DNA of 64,000 bases from an uncultured Bacteroidota bacterium (GTDB taxonomy: Bacteria > Bacteroidota > Ignavibacteria > Kryptoniales > JAKASW01), in the NCBI GenBank assembly GCA_963704305.1, contig OY969888.1, positions 1,820,435-1,884,434 of the forward strand, given 5' to 3'. A model generated the notes under the pieces. The model was not told where the DNA came from. It saw only the letters and a list, made by a program, of their open reading frames with translations, and made no database searches. A program made the translations under genes and the position numbers. Below are positions 50,384 through 57,807 of the stretch, piece after piece (position 1 is the first letter of the stretch; every line of letters begins with the position of its first letter).

Positions 50384-51268
50384 ATGGGCTATCAATTGTG
50401 GGTATCCCCTGTCACTGGGTATCGCAGAAAAGGCACAAGGTTTTCATCACTTAAGAAGCTTTTTATTGACAATGTTACCGCAAAGAGCATTTTTGAACCT
50501 CTGCTTTGCTGCCCAGCAAATTCGATGGCTGTAAACGCTAGGGATGCACTAAGAATTAGGGAATTTGATCTTGCCGGTGTAAAAGAAACTGAAGGTGGTG
50601 AGGTCATCGGTTACGTGGTAACAGACGAGCTAGAGATCGGAGACGTAAAAAAATATGTCAAGGTAATTGGTCCTGAGCTTCTAATTTCCGATTCTACACC
50701 AATAGCTGACATTTTTACAGCATTGACACAAAGGGCCTTCGCATTCATTCTGTATGGAAAACAAATTATAGGAATCATAACAATAGCGGACATTAACAAA
50801 CCTCCGGTTAGGATTTATCTATTCGGGATGATTTCTTTATTTGAGATGCACCTTAATTTATGGATCAACCATTATTTCCCTGACAATGGATGGAAGTCTG
50901 AAATCCCTGCGAACCGTATGAATCTTGCACTTGATATTTATGAGAAGCGAAAATGTAATAACCAAGATCTTTCATTGTTGGAATGTTTGCAATTTTGTGA
51001 TAAGAGGGACCTATTGACGAAATCAATTCGCTTTATAAAAGAGTTTGATCTATCGAAAGAGAAGTTTGCTACATTCGTGAAGGAAGTTGAGAAGATTAGA
51101 AACGAATTAGCACACAGCCAAAATTCAATTATCGCAGACATTGAGTGGTCTGATTTTGTTGAAATAGTATCTCACTTAGAAGCCTTCTTGATATGTTCTG
51201 ATTCCAAAGTGGAGCATATAGCCACTGAAGGAAATGATTTTAAGGATTTGCTGATACCAAGTGTGTAA
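50384..51268 (+). CDS. CBS-pair + HEPN (Rx4H) domain protein
   Basis: ORF 50258-51268. Preferred start is ATG 50384, with GAGAGG upstream. CBS-like strands are GGEVIGYVVTDEL and YGKQIIGIITIADINKPP. The C-terminal helical domain has EKIRNELAHSQ (R-N-x3-H, the canonical HEPN active-site motif). Confidence 0.6.
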   Translation: MGYQLWVSPVTGYRRKGTRFSSLKKLFIDNVTAKSIFEPLLCCPANSMAVNARDALRIREFDLAGVKETEGGEVIGYVVTDELEIGDVKKYVKVIGPELLISDSTPIADIFTALTQRAFAFILYGKQIIGIITIADINKPPVRIYLFGMISLFEMHLNLWINHYFPDNGWKSEIPANRMNLALDIYEKRKCNNQDLSLLECLQFCDKRDLLTKSIRFIKEFDLSKEKFATFVKEVEKIRNELAHSQNSIIADIEWSDFVEIVSHLEAFLICSDSKVEHIATEGNDFKDLLIPSV

Positions 51269-51351
51269 TCAGCAGCTACACTCGGACCGCTCGCAAGATC
51301 GCGGTAGCTTAGCCGCAATCCGTTCGGCATAAAGGAGATCAAAGAAAGACA

Positions 51352-51702
51352 ATGCGAATTGTTATTAAGATTCTTATGGGAGTCGTTGGGGCTATTCTCC
51401 TCCCTATATGTATACATTATATTTCTGATGGTCATATCACTTCAAAGCCCGAGATGCTAGTGCCAAGTTACATTCTCTTTGGTGTGTTTGGCGCCATTTT
51501 TGGTTGGTTGTTAAGTGTAATATTCTTCGAGCCGATTGCGGCTTTGCGGGGAGCGCTGCTCTTCGGTTTAATCGGATTAGCTGTTAGTTTCATTCTTCCT
51601 GGTCCAGGGATAATCTGGATTGTAATGGGTGCCTTGCTCGGAGCCGGGTACGCCGGACACATGGTACATGGGTTTAGGAAAATTCTTAAAGATGATAATT
51701 GA
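51352..51702 (+). CDS. Small integral membrane protein (about 4 TM helices)
   Basis: AAGGAG RBS. The 116-aa protein consists of hydrophobic, glycine-rich helices (VGAILLPICIHYI, ILFGVFGAIFGWLLSVIFF, GALLFGLIGLAVSFILPGPGIIWIVMGALLGAGYAG). Confidence 0.55.
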   Translation: MRIVIKILMGVVGAILLPICIHYISDGHITSKPEMLVPSYILFGVFGAIFGWLLSVIFFEPIAALRGALLFGLIGLAVSFILPGPGIIWIVMGALLGAGYAGHMVHGFRKILKDDN

Positions 51703-51915
51703 ATTGTTAGCCATAAATTTGTTGAGAGGTATCTAAATCGGACATACAAAGCAACATTTAGCAAGCTCTCAACTTTATAGAAAAATATTATTGCTAAAAT
51801 ATTGCCTAACCAGCTTTTCCACCCGACTGCGTTTCCATTGTAGAGGTTAGAAACAAGATGGAGCGTGGGTAAAGTGGTTATACCGAGGCGACAGAAATTT
51901 TGACTTACATCAATT

Positions 51916-52767
51916 GTGATGGATAAGGATCAACAAAATATTCCAAAAGGTTCGGGACGACAAGTAGAGGATTATTCTTCTTTTTGTGAGGGAGACATAG
52001 AGCCGACGCTTAATAAAAAGATTCGTACTTTCATCGACGGCACCCAGGACTATATCGTATATCTTGATCCCGATTTCTTTGTTCAATGGTCATTCCGTGA
52101 TTCATATGAACCAAGTGTTCCCAAAAGTATTGGTTCCGTTGCCAATGCAATTGGACACCTTGAGACTCTCTCCAGAACCCAATTGCGCAAGACACAATTA
52201 TACGATTTTGAATCTATGCTTGCCGAAGGCATGGCGCGTATTGTCGGAGATAAAGATGAACATGCCGCCAATGAGTTACTTGACAAAGCAAGAACATACT
52301 TAGAAATTCGAGGCATCGAAAATGCCAGATATTGGTACTTGCTCGGTTCCTCAATCACTGCCGTTCTATGTTTAATTTCAATAGTTTTGCTTTCAATATT
52401 CAGAACGAGTTTGGTGCAGTTTCTTAGCAATGATGGCTTTCAAGTTGTGTTGGGTGCACTCTGCGGTGGTCTCGGCGCACTATTCTCCATTATCACCCGT
52501 TCTAACAAGATATTAATGGACCCTGCTGCTGGAGCTTTTATTCATTACGTTGAGAGCGCTTCTCGAATTATAGCGGGCAGTCTTGGTGCTCTCTTGGTGG
52601 CATTGGCAATAAAATCAGACATCTTTCTAGGCGTAGTCAAATCAGTCAATCATTCGCTTGCGCTAGTTCTTGCGCTTTGCTTTTGTGCTGGGGCAAGTGA
52701 ACGATTCGTGAGGGGAATCATAAAACGAGTTGAAGATTCCACAATTCCATCAAATGGTAAGCAGTAG
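51916..52767 (+). CDS. Membrane protein: about 140-aa soluble N-domain + 4 C-terminal TM helices
   Basis: GTG 51916 or ATG 51919 start. TM segments are YWYLLGSSITAVLCLISIVLLSIF, FQVVLGALCGGLGALFSIIT, IIAGSLGALLVALAI and LALVLALCFCAGA. I recognise no family. Confidence 0.5.
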   Translation: MMDKDQQNIPKGSGRQVEDYSSFCEGDIEPTLNKKIRTFIDGTQDYIVYLDPDFFVQWSFRDSYEPSVPKSIGSVANAIGHLETLSRTQLRKTQLYDFESMLAEGMARIVGDKDEHAANELLDKARTYLEIRGIENARYWYLLGSSITAVLCLISIVLLSIFRTSLVQFLSNDGFQVVLGALCGGLGALFSIITRSNKILMDPAAGAFIHYVESASRIIAGSLGALLVALAIKSDIFLGVVKSVNHSLALVLALCFCAGASERFVRGIIKRVEDSTIPSNGKQ

Positions 52768-52819
52768 TGTGTAACCGGTCGATCAAGCCAACGAGATAGA
52801 CTTAGGAATTTTGAAACGA

Positions 52820-52888
52820 GACCAACGAAAACATTTCACTTTCACATGACATTCTTACTGCCGGAATGTTATGCGGATATATGGCAGG
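52820..52888 (+). repeat. Defence-island intergenic repeat, copy A3
   Basis: GACCAACGAAAACATTTC...CATTCTTACTGCCGGAATGTTATGCGGATATATGGCAGG. The 30-bp core is identical to copy A2. It ends 80 nt upstream of ATG 52968. Confidence 0.85.
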
Positions 52889-52967
52889 ATATCAGAGTTG
52901 TGCGCAGCGAGGGGAGAAGAGATGGCACGCATAATATGCCAATAAATAGTTATGAAAGGATTACGAG

Positions 52968-54413
52968 ATGGGAACAATCATAATTGTAGGCCTCATCGCA
53001 TTCATTATCGGAGTTTCAATGGGCTATTTAATTATCAAAGCCCGAACAAATCGAAAGATTGGAACAATCCAAGCACAATATGCCACCGAGTTAAGTTTAC
53101 ATGCACAAACCAAGCAAATGCTTACTGAGATTCAAAGTGAGCAAAAAGAAAGAATAAAGTATGAGACTCAGTTTATTGAAAAAGATAATCAGTATAAATC
53201 TTTGAAAGGTGAATTCGACAATCTTCAAATTGAGGCTGCCAATCTAAGAACTTCCAATGCACACATCAGCGCAAAATACGGCGAGGCTTTAAGAGCGATC
53301 GAGGAACAAAAGACATTTGTTACCACTGCGAACACTGCGCTGAAGGAAGCATTCAGTTCCCTTTCTGCCGATGCGCTGAAAAATAATAATCAATCATTCC
53401 TAGATTTAGCGAAAACCGCTTTGGAAACTCACATCAACGAATCGAAATCAGATTTAGAGAAAAGGCAACAGGCAATAGATTCAATTGTAAGACCCCTGAA
53501 GGAAAGTTTGAGCACGTTCGATGGAAAGATTCAAGAAATAGAAAAAGCGAGAGAGGGAGCATATTCAGAAATCAAGGTACTACTTAGCAATATGCAAGGT
53601 GCAACAGACAAACTCGAGAAAGGAACCAATACGCTTGTTACCGCTCTTAAGACCTCTCATGTCAGAGGAAAATACGGAGAAATCGGACTCAGACGTGTTG
53701 TAGAATTTGCGGGCATGTCGGAGTTCTGTGATTTCGATGAACAAGTATCGATCTCTACCGAAGAAGGAAGACTGAGACCAGACTTAATCGTGAACCTTCC
53801 GGGACAGAGGAAAATTATTGTTGATGCTAAAGTCCCATTAACCTCCTACATACAGGCTTTTGAAACTAATGACGAAAACGAAAAGAAAGCTCTCCTTGTA
53901 AAGCATTCAGAATCTGTCAGAGACCATTTGAAACAATTAAGCGCAAAATCATATTGGAGTCAGTTTGAAGATGCTCCAGATTTCGTGGTAATGTATCTTC
54001 AAATAGAATCTTCTTTTGGTTCTGCTCTCGAAATGGACAAAACACTTATAGAAGATGCAATAAATAATAGAGTAATACTTGCAACACCCACTACTTTAAT
54101 AACTATGTTGCGTACGATTGCCTTTAGCTGGCAACAGGTTCGAATCGCCGAGAATATCTATCAAATCAGAGATGCAGGAGTTGAATTGTATAATAGAGTT
54201 ACGATTCTCATTCAACATATCGCGGCTGTGGGAAGTGATTTGGATTCCGCCGCACAGAATTATAATAAAGTAGTCGGTTCATTGGAAAGCAGGTTCATTC
54301 CACAAGTAAAAAAGTTAAAAGATATTGGTGGGACGCTTATGGATAAGGATATTCCAGAGTTAACCCAGGTCGATACGTCCCTCCGTCCATTGAATGATAC
54401 GTCCGTGACTTAA
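52968..54413 (+). CDS. rmuC: DNA recombination protein RmuC (N-terminal TM + coiled-coil + PD-(D/E)xK-like RmuC domain)
   Basis: N-terminal TM helix IIIVGLIAFIIGVSMGYLII and a long coiled-coil. The RmuC signature is RGKYGEIGLRRVVEFAGMSEFCDFDEQ..RPDLIVNLPGQRKIIVDAKVPL..FVVMYL. Confidence 0.85.
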   Translation: MGTIIIVGLIAFIIGVSMGYLIIKARTNRKIGTIQAQYATELSLHAQTKQMLTEIQSEQKERIKYETQFIEKDNQYKSLKGEFDNLQIEAANLRTSNAHISAKYGEALRAIEEQKTFVTTANTALKEAFSSLSADALKNNNQSFLDLAKTALETHINESKSDLEKRQQAIDSIVRPLKESLSTFDGKIQEIEKAREGAYSEIKVLLSNMQGATDKLEKGTNTLVTALKTSHVRGKYGEIGLRRVVEFAGMSEFCDFDEQVSISTEEGRLRPDLIVNLPGQRKIIVDAKVPLTSYIQAFETNDENEKKALLVKHSESVRDHLKQLSAKSYWSQFEDAPDFVVMYLQIESSFGSALEMDKTLIEDAINNRVILATPTTLITMLRTIAFSWQQVRIAENIYQIRDAGVELYNRVTILIQHIAAVGSDLDSAAQNYNKVVGSLESRFIPQVKKLKDIGGTLMDKDIPELTQVDTSLRPLNDTSVT

Positions 54414-54485
54414 AATCGTTATTGTTGCGGCATGACCACGTGCTGCTAATGACCATTTAAGTAGCCGGGAAGTTTTGAGGATTTG

Positions 54486-54507
54486 TGGCAGATCATCTAT
54501 AGTTAGG
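54486..54507 (+). repeat. Defence-island intergenic repeat, copy A4 (module 2 only)
   Basis: TGGCAGATCATCTATAGTTAGG has the TGGCAG-N6-TATAGTTAGG frame identical to 49326-49347. It ends 50 nt upstream of ATG 54558. Confidence 0.7.
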
Positions 54508-54557
54508 TTGCAAGAATTTATACTATCTGTCAAAAGAGAAGAGAGGAAGTTTGAGAA

Positions 54558-56210
54558 ATGAAGATGAACAGAATAAGAATTGAAAATTTCCGCTCGATCA
54601 AGAAAACAGAATTTAAGACATCCGATTTCAATATTTATGTTGGTCAAAACAATTGTGGTAAGACAAATTATTTTGAAGCGCTTGAGTTTTTTTTCAACGG
54701 GATAGGAAAGAGTGTAAATGTAGATGATTTAAAGTATAAGCGAGACCCTGCTCTTGAGATCATTGTTGAAGTGGAATTTACTGGCGCGATCAACGGTGCT
54801 GCTTCAATGCAAAATTCTTCAAATAAAACAAAAATTGAAAATGCTCTTAACGGTTCTGATTTAGTCGTGTTTCAACGAAGTAGCTTGAATCCAAAGAAAA
54901 GGACAATGTTTATAAATGGAAATGAAGTTCAACCTGGGACTGGATTTGATGCTGCATTAAATGATTTCCTACCTAAGTTTGAATATGTAAGCACCAAACA
55001 ATATTATGATTCTGTAGCAAAGTACACTAAGACAACTCCCATTGGTATAATGCTTTCAGGTGTACTATCAACAATATTGCAAACAAACCAACAATATCAA
55101 GAATTTCAGGAAACATTCAGAGAACTCTTCGAAGATGATAATTCTCAAATTAAAGCCGAGTTTGACTCTATTGGAAATAAAGTGAAACTATATCTCGAAA
55201 AGCAGTTTCCGGACACCACAAAGGTCAAATTTGAAGTTACCGCACCAGCATTTGATGATCTATTAAAAAACTTTGATACAACGGTAGACGACGGTGTCGA
55301 AACTCTAGCGGAAGAAAAAGGTGATGGAATGCAGAGAGCATTAATGCTTGCAATTATTCAAGCTTATGCTGATTTCAGAAAATCCAACGAGGATTTAGGT
55401 AAATCATTTTTATTCTTTATAGACGAAGCGGAATTACATCTTCACCCTACAGCCCAACGAAAACTCAAAAATGTGCTTCACAATCTTTCTCAAGGTAGTG
55501 ATCAAGTATTTATCAATACACATTCTTCTGTTTTTGTTGCGGATAATTATTCAGGGCAAACGATATTTAAAGTGGAAAAAACGAGTGGTGAAACAGAGAT
55601 AGAAGCGTCGAACGAATCTGAAAAACCATACATAGTTTTTGAATTGCTCGGAGGAAGTCCATCTGATTTATTGTTGCCAAAAAACTTTTTAATAATTGAA
55701 GGTCAAAGTGAATATGAATTTCTATCACGAGTAATTAGTAGGTTTTATTCAGATAAACCAAACATACAACTTATAAAAGCAAATGGGGATATTGATCAAG
55801 CCGAAAGAACCATCAATGCAATTGAAAAAGTATTTTCACCCTTAAATGCGAGCATTTATAAAAACCGGCTCACAATATTGATTGATATGCCCAGTGTAGA
55901 GATGGAAGGCGGCGTAAATCAATTTTTACAAAATTACAATAGTTTAATGACTAATAGACAGTTCTTTCAACTTCCTGTTAGAGATATAGAGCAATACTAT
56001 CCTGACCAGCAAGATACTGTATATGAAAATTGGAAGAAAACACAGGCACAAATTGATGAAGTAAATACAGAGGGGAAAAAAGTATTTACCAATAAAAAGA
56101 AAAAACAACTTGCAAAGCACATTGGTAAGAGTATTACAGTACAGCAATTTGAAAATAGTATGCAAATATGTATTGATGCTTTATCAAGATGTTGGGAGTT
56201 GTCTTTTTAG
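54558..56210 (+). CDS. OLD-family-like ATP-dependent nuclease (ABC-type ATPase + Toprim-like C-terminal region)
   Basis: IRIENFRSIK..VGQNNCGKTNYFEAL is the Walker A motif. GDGMQRAL is signature-like. FLFFIDEAELHLHP is Walker B with the OLD/AAA_15-typical ELHLHP. FINTHSS is the H-loop. The C-terminal FLIIEGQSEYEFL resembles the Toprim glutamate motif. I could not see the DxD motif clearly (TILIDMPS). The gene is very AT-rich. Confidence 0.6.
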   Translation: MKMNRIRIENFRSIKKTEFKTSDFNIYVGQNNCGKTNYFEALEFFFNGIGKSVNVDDLKYKRDPALEIIVEVEFTGAINGAASMQNSSNKTKIENALNGSDLVVFQRSSLNPKKRTMFINGNEVQPGTGFDAALNDFLPKFEYVSTKQYYDSVAKYTKTTPIGIMLSGVLSTILQTNQQYQEFQETFRELFEDDNSQIKAEFDSIGNKVKLYLEKQFPDTTKVKFEVTAPAFDDLLKNFDTTVDDGVETLAEEKGDGMQRALMLAIIQAYADFRKSNEDLGKSFLFFIDEAELHLHPTAQRKLKNVLHNLSQGSDQVFINTHSSVFVADNYSGQTIFKVEKTSGETEIEASNESEKPYIVFELLGGSPSDLLLPKNFLIIEGQSEYEFLSRVISRFYSDKPNIQLIKANGDIDQAERTINAIEKVFSPLNASIYKNRLTILIDMPSVEMEGGVNQFLQNYNSLMTNRQFFQLPVRDIEQYYPDQQDTVYENWKKTQAQIDEVNTEGKKVFTNKKKKQLAKHIGKSITVQQFENSMQICIDALSRCWELSF

Positions 56211-56394
56211 AATATTATTTCAAATAAAAAGTAGGAGCAAAAGCAGATGTTTAAGCTGACGTTATGATCCTAGGTGCCAAAGCCATGGCACATAAACTAA
56301 ACAACATGGAACTCGGTTCGGTAAGTGGTACACTATCGTTGCGACAGGTTAGCTTTAGGCTATCAGGCCACGAACAATGGACATCCAGATTGGT

Positions 56395-56625
56395 TCAGTA
56401 CTCGATAGGCAATCGTCGCAAAACTGAAGCCTTGAAGTTATCGTCACAAGTCAGAACGAAATCCCCTTGTATTCCCGCCGTGGTGACAAATTGTTTCAAC
56501 AGAGATGCGGGGAACTGCACAGTGATCCCATCAGGACAGCGTGCGACCACTTGCTGGAGAGTACCGCGATAGTAGGCCAGATATTCTTCGGACGAAATGT
56601 TGAGATAAAACTCAAACCTTTTCAT
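56395..56625 (-). CDS. DUF2835-family small protein
   Basis: 76 aa: MKRFEFYLNISSEEYLAYYRGTLQQVVARCPDGITVQFPASLLKQFVTTAGIQGDFVLTCDDN matches the DUF2835 pattern as I recall it (F.L.IS..E.L.YY.G....V......G..vQ.PA...RPF.T..GI.G.F.L). Confidence 0.6.
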   Translation of the reverse strand: MKRFEFYLNISSEEYLAYYRGTLQQVVARCPDGITVQFPASLLKQFVTTAGIQGDFVLTCDDNFKASVLRRLPIEY

Positions 56626-57141
56626 AATTGACCTGCTCTGAAAATATGTATCAATGATAAATTAGTGTTTATTTCCATATCAAGCACAGGCAATCAGATA
56701 AGTGTACTAACAGGGCAACGGTTATAATGAACGAGTATGGTCGTCTTAGAGTCTACATTGATTCCAAGTTAGTCAATCCGCTTGATGCCCTGTCCGAAAA
56801 TTCTATCATATGTATGACCGCATTACGACTTACTGAATCATAACGACAGCGGGTACCAGTCATCCCGCGTACTCAAGATTCCGGTGTTAACACTGGCGGT
56901 ACTTTTTTATGAGCTGTCTCCCGAGTCTCTCTGGTGAGATCCAAGGAGTTGCTTCTACGCCGAATTTTGCTTGGGGAGATTTCAATCATATATATTAGGA
57001 TCGAGGCTGATTCTTGAAAGACCGTTTACTTGATATTGGGGCCGCTGTTCAATAAATTTTGGTGTGCGACAATAACATCTAACGCAGGTTCCGGACTTGA
57101 GTTATCGGTCGCCAAATTCTTTGAAAGCAACAAAATTTTGA

Positions 57142-57270
57142 GGGGTTGTAGCTCAGTCCCGCCTAGTGGCGGGATTTCGTCTCGAACGGTGTTCGGGACT
57201 CAATTTGGTTAGAGCGCCTGCCTGTCACGCAGGAGGTCGTCCCGATTAAGATCGGGAAGCCTCGTCAACA
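57142..57270 (+). pseudogene. Degenerate tRNA-Asp(GTC) copy with a 47-nt double-hairpin insert in the D-loop and a hairpin replacing the 5' T-arm
   Basis: GGGGTTGTAGCTCAG[47 nt]TTTGGTTAGAGCGCCTGCCTGTCACGCAGGAGGTCG[TCCCGATTAAGATCGGGA]AGCCTCGTCAACACC. Outside the brackets the sequence is identical to the intact tRNA at 57808, except that the 5' T-stem is lost and the acceptor has a C>A change. Confidence 0.75.
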
Positions 57271-57317
57271 CCGGGCCGACGGGATCATGCGTGAAGACAA
57301 GACATCAGAGACAGGAT

Positions 57318-57593
57318 ATGTGGTTTACGTACATACTTTACTCGGAGAAGATAGACAGGTATTATGTAGGTTACACTGACGATATTGCGTGGCGGGAGGA
57401 GCGGCACAATTTAGGATGGGGGAAATACACAAGGCGAGGGATACCCTGGAAGTTAGTGTACCATGAAAGGTATAATACAAGGGTGGAAGCCATGCGACGG
57501 GAAAAGGAAATAAAGAGGAAGAAAAGCCGGAAGTACATCGAAAGTTTGATAAATTCGGAACGTATTTCTGATCTGAATCGGGAGGCGCAGTAA
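57318..57593 (+). CDS. GIY-YIG nuclease-superfamily small protein (COG2827/YhbQ-like)
   Basis: MWFTYILYSEKIDRYYVGYTDDIAWREERHN..GKYTRRGIPWKLVYHERYNTRVEAMRREKEIKRKKSRKYIESLI contains the GIY (YIL), YIG (YVG), R..H and E motifs. The ORF track starts at GTG 57291; ATG 57318 fits the family N-terminus. Confidence 0.8.
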   Translation: MWFTYILYSEKIDRYYVGYTDDIAWREERHNLGWGKYTRRGIPWKLVYHERYNTRVEAMRREKEIKRKKSRKYIESLINSERISDLNREAQ

Positions 57594-57676
57594 GATTATT
57601 CAACGATGTCCGCGCTTTCATCTGATTTGTTAGCTTGATAGTTCGTACACAGGAAATTAAATTAGCATACGCAAAT

Positions 57677-57752
57677 GGGGTTGTAGCTCAGTCCCGCCTA
57701 ATGGCGGGATTTCGTCCCGACCGGTGTTCGGGACTCAATTTGGTTAGAGCGC
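57677..57752 (+). pseudogene. 5' fragment of tRNA-Asp carrying the same 47-nt D-loop insert
   Basis: GGGGTTGTAGCTCAG[TCCCGCCTAATGGCGGGATTTCGTCCCGACCGGTGTTCGGGACTCAA]TTTGGTTAGAGCGC, after which similarity stops before the anticodon arm. Confidence 0.75.
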
Positions 57753-57807
57753 AACCCAGCAGACTTTGTTCATATTTATGTTGATAGACTGACTATTGAT
57801 TTCCACT

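Noticed and set aside
56264-56572. 102-aa + strand ORF downstream of the OLD-like gene.
   Set aside because: It is antisense to the DUF2835 ORF (56395-56625, minus strand), which has a recognisable family pattern. The + strand translation has no features.
57157-57203. The 47-nt insert in tRNA-Asp copies considered as a tRNA intron (group I, or archaeal-type bulge-helix-bulge).
   Set aside because: The insert is in the D-loop, not the anticodon loop. It is far too short for a group I intron. The host copies have also lost T-arm or 3' sequences, so they cannot yield a functional tRNA.
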